A DNA stretch of 64,000 nt from Planctomycetota bacterium (GTDB taxonomy: Bacteria; Planctomycetota; PUPC01; DSUN01), in assembly GCA_041320515.1 (NCBI GenBank), contig JBGLNR010000001.1, positions 1,510,201 through 1,574,200 on the forward strand, in the 5' to 3' direction. Positions 18,600 through 26,793 of the stretch are shown one piece after another. How positions within the stretch are numbered: the first letter of the stretch is position 1; every line of letters starts with the position of its first letter. The position numbers and the translations under genes were made by a program. The notes beneath the pieces are model-generated. The model saw only the letters and a list, made by a program, of their open reading frames with translations, was not told the origin of the DNA and did not search any database.

Positions 18600-19574
18600 T
18601 TACGGTTCGGGGGTCGCGAGGTCGGCGAGGAACTCGGGTGCCTTGCCCCACCTGGGCACGCGGGCAGGGGCGATGGCCTGGAAGCCGGAGACCTTCAGGA
18701 TGCTCTGGCCCCGGGGGGAGAGGACGAAGCGGATGAAATCCCTGGCGTCGGAGGGGTTCGGGGCGTCATTGAGAAGCGTGATGCCGAAGGCGATGGCACT
18801 GCCCGTGAGGGTCTCGGCGCCGCCGCGGTAGTTGGGCACGTTGACCTGTACCGTGCCGTAGTAGTCGTCGAGCGCCAGGTCGCCCAGGTTCACCTCCTTC
18901 GGCAACGGGGTGAAGGGGAGCTTGAGGTCCACGGCGTGGACCTTGTAGACGAAGGCGTAGTCCACGCGGGCCATGTTGAGGTAGGCGGAGATCAGCTCGT
19001 TGGCGTCGAGGGCGACGAATTCCGGGGGGCACTTGGCGATCAGTTCCCGGGCGAGGGGGTGGGGGTTGCCCTTCGAGGTGAGGTAGTGCTTCTGGGCCAG
19101 CTCCCAGGATAGGCGGGCGTAGTAGCCGCACGGGTCCTGGGAGGGGTTGGCGATGCCGAAGCGGACGTCGGGCCTGAGCAGGATTTCGTACCAGTTGTCG
19201 CTCGTGATCTCGGCTCGGTGGGCGCTGGAGGTGTGGCCTGCGAGGACGATCTCTGTGGAGGCGAACTTGGCGACCCAGGCGGCGTGGGCCTCGCCGAGGA
19301 TTTTCTCGATGAGGCGGTGGTCGGCCACGGCCAACACGTCGCCCCGCCGCAGGGGCACCAGGCGCGTGGCCATCACGCTGCCCATGACCTCGAGGTGCAC
19401 GTCCACGTCGGGGTGTTGCTTCTCGAAGGCGTTCTCGACGTCGCGGAAGCTGGCGGCCAGGGCGTCGGCGGCGAAGACGCGGAGGGTCCGCCGCCCGTCC
19501 TCGCAGCCTGTGACGGCGAGCGCGGCAGCGGCCGCTATGGCCGCGAGCGTCGAGCGACGGCAGTTCGCGTGCAT
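18600..19574 (-). CDS. ABC transporter periplasmic binding lipoprotein, molybdate/tungstate (WtpA/ModA-like) type
   Basis: Lipobox AVTGC. LRVFAADALAASFRDVENAFEKQHPDVDVHLEVMGS fits oxyanion-binding PBP2 proteins. It abuts the ATPase gene. Confidence 0.7.
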   Translation of the reverse strand: MHANCRRSTLAAIAAAAALAVTGCEDGRRTLRVFAADALAASFRDVENAFEKQHPDVDVHLEVMGSVMATRLVPLRRGDVLAVADHRLIEKILGEAHAAWVAKFASTEIVLAGHTSSAHRAEITSDNWYEILLRPDVRFGIANPSQDPCGYYARLSWELAQKHYLTSKGNPHPLARELIAKCPPEFVALDANELISAYLNMARVDYAFVYKVHAVDLKLPFTPLPKEVNLGDLALDDYYGTVQVNVPNYRGGAETLTGSAIAFGITLLNDAPNPSDARDFIRFVLSPRGQSILKVSGFQAIAPARVPRWGKAPEFLADLATPEP

Positions 19575-20669
19575 CTATTCCTCTCTTTCGTCGGCGACGG
19601 CGAAGACCATGAACCGCTCGGGCGGAAGTTCCACGAGGAGGCCGCCCCCGACTGGCGCCGGGAGCGCCTGCGGGTCGGGCCAGGGGCCGCACTCGATGCG
19701 CATGCCCTCCGCCAACCGCACGAGGGCGCGCGGCGCACTCGCCGATGGGGTGAAACCCTCCAGGACACCGGGGTAGACCGATGCATCCGGCAGGCGCGCG
19801 CCGCCAGGGTGGAGCTTCACGTGGCATCCTCGGATGGCAACCCGCACCGCGTCGGCGCCGGCCAGGAACTCGGGCAGCACGACGCGGAACGTCAGTGGCC
19901 CGCACTCGACCGCGCGTGGGCCGTTCGCCGGCGACTCGCGCAGCAAGCGGCCGGGGAAGATGTTCTCGACGAGGAGGAAGCGTGCCGTCGCCAGGTCGGC
20001 GGGGTGCTCGAACACCTCGGCCGGGGCTCCGTACTGCTTCAGGCGGCCGTCCATGAGGATTGCGAGCCGGTCGGCCAGCGCGGCGGCCTCCTCCTGGTCG
20101 TGGGTAACGAGAATGGCGGTGAGGCCGAGGCGGCGCCAGACCTCGCGGAACTCGCGCTGAAGCTGTCGCCGCGTGGCCGGGTCGAGGGCGGAGAACGGCT
20201 CGTCGAGGAAGAGCACGCGGGGCTCGACGACGAGGGCGCGGGCCAGCGCCACCCGCTGCTTCTCGCCGCCGCTGAGGCTGCGGATGTCGCGCCGGTCGAG
20301 CAGACGCTCGATGCCCAGGAGGCGGGCGACACCCCGGACCCGCTCGTCAGCGGTCGCGCGACCCACGCGCCGAACCAGCAGCCCGAAGGCGATGTTCTCG
20401 CGCACCGACAGGTGGGGGAAGAGCGCCAGGTCCTGGGGCAGGTAGCAGAAGCCGCGCTCCTCGGGCCGGGTGCGGCCAATGTCCCGGCCGTCCAGCAAGA
20501 TGCGGCCAGCGTCGGGCGGCTTCACCCCCAGCACGGTCTCCAGGAACAGCGTCTTGCCCGCCCCCGAAGGGCCAAGGAGGACAAAGCACTCGCCCTGCGG
20601 AATCCTCACGCTGATCCGCTGGAGGGAGAAGACTCCGTAATGGGCGACGAGGTCGGCCACTTCGAGCAT
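19575..20669 (-). CDS. ABC transporter ATP-binding protein with a TOBE-like C-terminal domain
   Basis: Walker A GPSGAGKT, signature LSGGEKQRVALARAL, Walker B VLFLDEPFSALD. Start taken at MLEVADL (ATG at 20669, TGATG overlap with the permease stop). The track ORF's long Arg/Gly-rich N-terminal extension is rejected. Confidence 0.9.
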   Translation of the reverse strand: MLEVADLVAHYGVFSLQRISVRIPQGECFVLLGPSGAGKTLFLETVLGVKPPDAGRILLDGRDIGRTRPEERGFCYLPQDLALFPHLSVRENIAFGLLVRRVGRATADERVRGVARLLGIERLLDRRDIRSLSGGEKQRVALARALVVEPRVLFLDEPFSALDPATRRQLQREFREVWRRLGLTAILVTHDQEEAAALADRLAILMDGRLKQYGAPAEVFEHPADLATARFLLVENIFPGRLLRESPANGPRAVECGPLTFRVVLPEFLAGADAVRVAIRGCHVKLHPGGARLPDASVYPGVLEGFTPSASAPRALVRLAEGMRIECGPWPDPQALPAPVGGGLLVELPPERFMVFAVADEREE

Positions 20670-21436
20670 CAGCGCCGCCCTCCGACGAGCAGCCGCACGG
20701 CCACCAGCCCGCCCAGCGTGAGCAGGGTGAGGACCACGCTCAGGGCCACCGCGCGGTCTATGCTCACCGAGGCCATGTTGAGGTAGACGGCCACGGGCAT
20801 CGTCTCGGTGTAGCCCTTCACGGCGCCGGCGATGGTCGAGGTCGAGCCGAAGTCGCCGATGGCCCGCGCCCAGCCGAGCACGAAGGCCGCCACGATGCCG
20901 TTGCGGGCCAGCGGCAGCGTGACCCGCCGGAACGCCTGCCACGGCGTGCAGCCGAGGAACCGCGCCACCTGCTCGAACCGGGGATCAATCCCCGAGAACG
21001 TCGTCCGCGCCACCAGCACGATGAAGGCATAGGCCACGAAGAACTGGGCCAGGATGATCCCCGGCACCTCGAAGACGAAGAAGCGGGCGAGCCAGAGCCC
21101 GGGCGGATTGCGGAAGAGCAGGAGCAAGGCCACGCCGAGCGCCATCGGCGACATCGTGACTGGGATCAACAGCACGGCCTCGGCCAGCCACGCCCCACGG
21201 AAGCGCCAGCGGGCCAGCGCGTAACCCGTAGGCACGGCAAGCACGAGGGCGGCCAGGCTCCCGACAACCGACGTCCAGACGCTGAGCCAGATGGCCTGCA
21301 GCACGTCGGGCTGGCCCAGGGCACTCAGCGCCGGGCCGCCCCCCGTGTAGCCCACCTGCACGGCCACCAGCGCCACCATCAGGGTGACCGAGCACCCAGC
21401 GGCGGCGAGGCATAGCCAGTCGAGCCACGACCGCAT
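20669..21436 (-). CDS. ABC transporter permease (ModB/CysTW-type)
   Basis: About 6 hydrophobic helices and an EAA-like loop (FEQVARFLGCTPWQAFRRVTLPLARNG). Confidence 0.9.
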   Translation of the reverse strand: MRSWLDWLCLAAAGCSVTLMVALVAVQVGYTGGGPALSALGQPDVLQAIWLSVWTSVVGSLAALVLAVPTGYALARWRFRGAWLAEAVLLIPVTMSPMALGVALLLLFRNPPGLWLARFFVFEVPGIILAQFFVAYAFIVLVARTTFSGIDPRFEQVARFLGCTPWQAFRRVTLPLARNGIVAAFVLGWARAIGDFGSTSTIAGAVKGYTETMPVAVYLNMASVSIDRAVALSVVLTLLTLGGLVAVRLLVGGRR

Positions 21437-21439
21437 GGG

Positions 21440-22294
21440 TCACCACCCCTTCGGCAGCGGCCACTCGCCGCCCACCGGGCAATCGGGCCGAGTGTGCTTG
21501 CGGGCCTCGTCCACGCTGGCCAGGTAGTGCCACTTGTGGAAGATAGCCTTCCCCTCCTTGCTCAGGAGGAAGTCCACGAACTGCCTGGCGGCCTCTGGCT
21601 GCCTGCAGAAGGTGCTCTGGGCGATGGGTATGTAGCCGATCCTCGGAATCTGCTCCGGCGTCAACATGATAGTCTTTATCTTCTCAGGGTTCCAGTACTG
21701 GAACACCCGCCAGCCGAGAACAGCATCAACCGTACCCAACGCAACGAGCTGCGCGGTCTTTTCGCACGACTCGGCGTGGGTGACGATGTTCGGCTTCACG
21801 GCGCCGGCCACCTTGTTGTGGATCATCACCTCGACCGCGTAGAGGCCGACGCACACGGTGTCGGGCCGCGCAATGCCCACGCGGACCCCTGGCTTCCCGA
21901 GGTCCTCCAGCTTCTCGATCTTCTTCGGGTTGTCGGCGGGCACGTTGATGGCGGGGAGGAGATAGACGACGAGTTTCTCGGTGTCGGGCACGACGAGTTT
22001 CTCGCGCTTTGCCAGTTCCATGAAGTCAGAGGAACCAGGGAAGTACAGGTCGCCGCGTCGCGTGAGCTTCATCTGGCTCAGCATGGCCCCCGAGCCGCCA
22101 AAGTGCAGGAGCATCCTGCACCCTGTCTTGTCCTCGAATGCCTTAGCGGCATCCTCGGTCGCCGGCTTGGACGCCGAGCCGATGAAGAGTTCCAGTGCCT
22201 TCCCTGCCAGCGGCTTGTCCCCATCGCCTGCCAGCCCGCCCGTCGCCAGCCCCAGCGCCGCTGCCGCCGCCAGCCAGCCCCATCGCCTCTTCAT
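21440..22294 (-). CDS. Molybdate-type (ModA-like) periplasmic binding protein
   Basis: Signal peptide MKRRWGWLAAAAALGLATGG. LELFIGSASKPATEDAAKAFEDKTGCRMLLHFGGSGAMLSQ is typical of the ModA family. Start taken at 22294 inside the longer track ORF. Confidence 0.8.
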   Translation of the reverse strand: MKRRWGWLAAAAALGLATGGLAGDGDKPLAGKALELFIGSASKPATEDAAKAFEDKTGCRMLLHFGGSGAMLSQMKLTRRGDLYFPGSSDFMELAKREKLVVPDTEKLVVYLLPAINVPADNPKKIEKLEDLGKPGVRVGIARPDTVCVGLYAVEVMIHNKVAGAVKPNIVTHAESCEKTAQLVALGTVDAVLGWRVFQYWNPEKIKTIMLTPEQIPRIGYIPIAQSTFCRQPEAARQFVDFLLSKEGKAIFHKWHYLASVDEARKHTRPDCPVGGEWPLPKGW

Positions 22295-22725
22295 CTCGCC
22301 GTCTCCTCTCGTCGTGTGGGCCGTTGCAGGTGCCCTGTGCCCCTGCCGATCCTTCATTCGCTCGGTGGCCAGCGGCTGTGACGCATTCCTGATCTTGCCG
22401 CTCGGAACACGAGTTCGCGTCACATGACGACCGATAGCCAACGAGATGGGTGATGGATATGGGGTCCGCTATCCTCTCTTGCGGACCGCTGCTCCGTCAA
22501 CGCACTGAACGGCGAGCGTCAGGCATCGCATGCTCCCCCCCTTACGAGGTGGCCCGCGCCTGGGGGCACGAAAGGAGACCGCCCCGACCCTGACCGGCGG
22601 CGGACATGTTGTGTCACGCGCCCGCCTGGGGAGCGAATGGAACTATGGTCGTGGGAGAGAGGAGCCTGCGTGTGACGGCATGTGCTCGGGCCATCACACC
22701 CTGCGCAAGAGAGGAGTTGGGTGTT

Positions 22726-23514
22726 ATGCGACGCCTGTTGCTCGGCCTGTGGTTCTCAGCGTCTGGTGGCGCTGTGTGGGCGGTGCCCGTCACCGTCACG
22801 ATCACGCCGACGGCGGACGCCTTCGTGCGGTCGCTGGCCCCCAACTCCAACTACGGCGCAGCGGGCGCCCTCTCAGTCTCGGGCTCAACCGCAGTAAACG
22901 GACAGGGAGTCCAGAGGGGTCTCCTGGATACGTTCATGAAGTTCAACGTGGCCGGCGTCGTGTCTCAGATGGACGCGCAGTTCGGGGCCGGCAACTGGGG
23001 ATTCACCGATGCCGTCCTCCGGCTCACGGAGGATCCTGCTCCGAACAACCCGATCTTCAACCGGGGCGTGGGGCAGTTCGAGATCCGTTGGATCGCATCC
23101 GATGCCTGGCTGGAGGGGACTGGCACCCCGAACGCGCCGACGACGAATGGCGTGCGCTATTCGGACGAGGCGACGTTCCTCAATCCCGCGGTGGACGTCG
23201 CGCTGGGGCTCTTCAGCAATACGCTCACCATGGATGCCCACTTGTACACGCTCGACCTGGTCGAGCCGTTCGTAGACGATCTGCTGGCAGCGGGCGACGT
23301 GAGCCTTTTCCTCACGGCGGAGGATTCCTCGGTTGGGTTCACGCTCAACTCGCGGACGGTTTCGGATCCTGTTTGGGAGACGCGCTGGTCTCCCACGCTC
23401 CATTTCACGGCGGACGTGAGCCAGGCGGTCCCCGAGCCAGCCACGGCCACGCTGCTGCTCGTCGGCATGCTCGGGGCGCTCAGCAGGCTCCGGAGAGGCC
23501 GGAGGGCGCCATGA
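22726..23514 (+). CDS. PEP-CTERM protein with an N-terminal DNRLRE-like domain
   Basis: Signal peptide present. [27 protein letters not shown] is DNRLRE-like. C-terminus [26 protein letters not shown] is a PEP-CTERM anchor. Confidence 0.75.
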   Translation: MRRLLLGLWFSASGGAVWAVPVTVTITPTADAFVRSLAPNSNYGAAGALSVSGSTAVNGQGVQRGLLDTFMKFNVAGVVSQMDAQFGAGNWGFTDAVLRLTEDPAPNNPIFNRGVGQFEIRWIASDAWLEGTGTPNAPTTNGVRYSDEATFLNPAVDVALGLFSNTLTMDAHLYTLDLVEPFVDDLLAAGDVSLFLTAEDSSVGFTLNSRTVSDPVWETRWSPTLHFTADVSQAVPEPATATLLLVGMLGALSRLRRGRRAP

Positions 23515-24133
23515 AGTCTCGAGCATCGGCAGGGTTCACGCTCATCGAGCTGCTCGTGGTCATCGGCGTCATCGGCAGCTTGGCTGGCATGCTGCTCCCG
23601 GCGCTGCACAAGGCGCGCGGGTGCGCGCGCAACGCCGGGTGCATATGCAACCTCAAGCAGATGGGCTACGCGCTGTCGCTGTACGTGGACGACAACGACG
23701 GCTACATCCCGCGGCGCGGCCAGGGGGTCCAGAGGCTCACGCAGATCAGCCGAATGTCCGACTGGTTCAAGCCGAGGGCAAGAGGCCGAAGGAGGGGGAC
23801 CGCCACGTCTTCCTGTGCCCCGCGGCCGCTGACCCCGGGTGGATGTACTTCCTGCCGTACGGGATGAACATGTACCTCTCCCCGTGGATACGGCCCGTGC
23901 AGCACAAGTTCACCGAATTGCCCCGGCCCGCCTCGCTCGTGTTCCTGGCCGACGCCTCACAGCCCTACAGCGTGCCCGCTCGCCACGATGGCCGCGCCAA
24001 CTTGGTGTTCCTCGACGGCCACGTGCAGGCGTTCGAGGGAACATACCTGGGCTGCGGCGTGGGCGACCCCCATCGGAGTGATGTCCGATGGGAGACCGGA
24101 ACGGGCGGGATCAACCAGACACCCGTCAAGTAG
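23511..24133 (+). pseudogene. Prepilin-type N-terminal cleavage/methylation protein (DUF1559, H-X9-DG), frameshifted
   Basis: The N-terminus [25 protein letters not shown] lies in one frame (ATG 23511, ATGA overlap with the upstream stop). The C-terminal part, including HDGRANLVFLDGHV (H-X9-DG), lies in another frame (track ORF 23621..24133). The shift is near 23760-23780. Confidence 0.75.
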
Positions 24134-24145
24134 GAGACGCGGACG

Positions 24146-25054
24146 GTGCCGCGGCGGCTTGTCATTCCCCTGATCCTCGCGGCGTGTTCCGCCTGCTCGT
24201 CGGAGCGCGCGAAGGACAGCTCCCAGCCCCAGCCCTCCGTGGTCCGCTGCGCCGTGATCGGCGGCATGACGATGACCGGGCTATGGCCGGAGATCGCCAA
24301 GCGGTTCGAAGCCAGGCACGCCTACAAGGTCGAGGTCGTGGCCACGGGCCCGCGCCCAGGTCTCGCCGAGGCCTTCCAGCAGGGGAAGGCCGACCTGCTG
24401 ACCATGCACTCGGGCGACATCACGACCGACCTGGTGGCCGACGGCTACGGGACCAACTCCCGGCCGTGGACGAAGAACGACCTGGTGATCGTGGGGCCGC
24501 CGTCGGACCCCGCCGGGATCAGGGGGATGAGGGACGGCGCCGCGGCCCTGCGGCGCATCGCCGAGCGCGAGGCACCGTTCGTGGACTTCCACGGCATCGG
24601 GAGCCGCGAGCTGACGCACAACCTGTGGAGGAAGGCAGGCGTCGAGCCGCAGGGCAAGTGGGTGCTAAAGGACGAGAGCAAGAGCGGCCTCGCCATCCTC
24701 CAGTTCGCGCGTGACCACAACGCCTACGTGATCGTCGGCCGCATGCCCGTCCTCTTCGGCAAGATGCAGGTGGGCGACATGGAGGTCATGGTGGAGGGGG
24801 ACCCGGTCATGCGCCGCCCGTACGTAGTGATGGAAGCCAACCCCCAGCGCTTCCCGCAAGCCAACCACGCCGGCGCACGGGCACTGGCCGACTTCCTACT
24901 GTCCGAGGAGGTCCAGAAGTTGCTTGCGGAGTTCGGCGCCGCCGAGCACGGTGGCATCCCGCTCTTCCACCCCATCGGCGGCGCGCCCTCGGCCCAGGTC
25001 CCGACCGGCGCCGCGTCACCACGCGGGCCGGCAACTGAGGAGAGACAAGGATGA
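24146..25054 (+). CDS. TupA-like tungstate/oxyanion-binding lipoprotein (PBP_like_2)
   Basis: GTG start with an AGGAGA RBS. Lipobox LAACSAC. VRCAVIGGMTMTGLWPEIAKRFE...LLTMHSGDIT fits the TupA family. Confidence 0.7.
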   Translation: MPRRLVIPLILAACSACSSERAKDSSQPQPSVVRCAVIGGMTMTGLWPEIAKRFEARHAYKVEVVATGPRPGLAEAFQQGKADLLTMHSGDITTDLVADGYGTNSRPWTKNDLVIVGPPSDPAGIRGMRDGAAALRRIAEREAPFVDFHGIGSRELTHNLWRKAGVEPQGKWVLKDESKSGLAILQFARDHNAYVIVGRMPVLFGKMQVGDMEVMVEGDPVMRRPYVVMEANPQRFPQANHAGARALADFLLSEEVQKLLAEFGAAEHGGIPLFHPIGGAPSAQVPTGAASPRGPATEERQG

Positions 25055-25662
25055 GGCAGCGGTTGTGCCTCGCGGCGATGGCTGCCCTGGCAGTGGGGTG
25101 CGCCCAATGGCACGTCGCGGCTGCGGGGCAGGAACTCCGCGCCTAAGTTGTTCATCACGGCGAGCCGACGTGGAACCAGCTTTTCGCCGACTTCGAGCGC
25201 GACAGCGGCATCCACGTGGAACCCTCGTACGCGTGCCGGGGCGTCAACCTGGTGAGCACGGCGCTGGCCGACCTGGCGCGGCCGGGCGTGCGCATCGTGC
25301 TCTGCTTCTCGAAGGGCTGCCTCGGCCGCGTGAGCGACAAGATCCTGGCAAACGCGGGTGTTGCCGAGAAGGTGGCGCCGAACATCGTGAAGCGCATCCC
25401 CGGCGAAGAGGCCGTGGCGAAGGCTGTGGACGGCGTCAACGCCGACGTGGCTATCATGTGGAGCTGGGTGCTGCCGATCATCGGTGAGGACCGCTACCAA
25501 GCCGTCCCAATTCCGCCCGAAGTGAACGTTATCGACCCAGTGGTCGCTGTGCCGCTCAAGACGGGGACGAACGTAGCGGGCGCAGAGAAATTCGTTGCCT
25601 TCCTCCGAACTGGCAAGGCGCAGAAGCTCCTCGCGGCCGCGAGGCTTGCGGGACAGAAATGA
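25051..25662 (+). pseudogene. ModA-like binding lipoprotein interrupted by an in-frame TAA at codon 32; also shorter than its paralogue
   Basis: ATG 25051 (ATGA overlap with the upstream stop) gives MRQRLCLAAMAALAVGC..ELRA, then TAA at 25144-25146. The same frame continues VVHHGEPTWNQLFADFERDSGIHV..., matching the ModA-like gene at 21440..22294. Confidence 0.7.
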
Positions 25663-25735
25663 GGGGCAGGCGCCCGCGCTTGACAGCCGTTGGACGCCAG
25701 CCTATCATCATGCGGTCACTTCCAGGAGGAACAGC

Positions 25736-26620
25736 ATGTTCATGGGACGGATGCGGCTCGTCGCCGCGGTGTGCTGCCTCACAGGAAGCGTGGCCCTCGC
25801 CGGCGAGGCCGGCCCGGCCAAGGCGGCGGAGCCACCCGCCAAGGCGGAGGCGGACCCCCTCGACAAGCTCAGGACCGTCCACGCCGGCGGCGCCGTGTTC
25901 CAGTTCGGCTTCGAGGAACGCATCCGCGTCGAGCACTGGAACAACGAGGACCTCAATCGCCACGCGGACGACGAGGACCACCGCTGGTTCAACCGCACCC
26001 GCCTGCGGATGGACACGATCTTCAACACTGTGTTCCGCACCCGCGTGGAGCTGGTGGACGGGCGGGAGTGGGAGTCCGACCGCGAGCCCAGGCCCCAGAT
26101 GGATGAGCTGGACCTGCATCAGGCCTACGTTGAGATCGGCAGCAAGCCGTGGATGGCCCGCCTCGGGCGGCAGGAGCTGGACTTCGGGTCCCGCAAGCTC
26201 GTCGCCGCGCCCACCTGGGGCAACCTCCTCCGCTCGTTCGACGGGGCGCGCATCTCCTATACGAGCGACTTCGTGGATGTGAGCGCCTTCTGCGGCAGCG
26301 TGGTGGCGCCCGTGGACGATCACTTCAACAGGCACCGCCACGGCGAGCGCTTCTGCGGCATCTTCGCCACCCTCAAACCCGTCAAAGACCACAAGCTCGA
26401 CCTCTACGCCCTCCGCCTCCACACCTGGAACGACGACTACTACGTCACGGGCGAGGACAGGGCAAAGGGCGAGCACAAGCGTTACACCTACGGCGCCCGC
26501 CTGTCCGGCAACATCACCAGGCGGTGGACCTATGACGTCGAGGGAGCCATCCAGCGCGGCCACTACGCGCACGACAAGATTCGCGCCTGGGCCTTCCACG
26601 CCGACACGGCCTACACCCTG
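25736..26620 (+). pseudogene. Alginate-export-family (AlgE-like) outer-membrane beta-barrel, 3'-truncated
   Basis: AGGAGG RBS and a signal peptide. Beta-barrel-like alternating sequence runs up to ..AFHADTAYTLK (about nt 26620). After that the frame turns into Arg/Pro/Ser-rich junk while a TPR reading frame begins. Confidence 0.65.
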
Positions 26621-26793
26621 AAGGCAGGCTGGACGAGGCGATCGCGAGCTTCGAGCTGGCGCGCGCCGCGCGGCCCGGCGACCCCGCGCCTCTCTGCGGC
26701 CTGGCCGCGTGTTACAAGGGGAAGGGGCAGCTCGACAGGGCCGCGGCCTGGGCCGAGCAGGCCATCGCGCTCGACCCCTCGCCCGACTCGCTT

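Noticed and set aside
19575-20942. 455-aa version of the ABC ATPase ORF with a 91-aa N-terminal extension.
   Set aside because: The extension is Arg/Gly/His-rich junk that overlaps the permease gene. The conserved ATPase begins at MLEVADL, with the usual TGATG coupling to the permease stop.
25144-25146. In-frame stop in the ModA-like gene as a recoding event (selenocysteine or readthrough).
   Set aside because: The codon is TAA, not TGA. No SECIS-like hairpin follows. The gene also appears internally shortened, which favours a pseudogene or a sequencing error.
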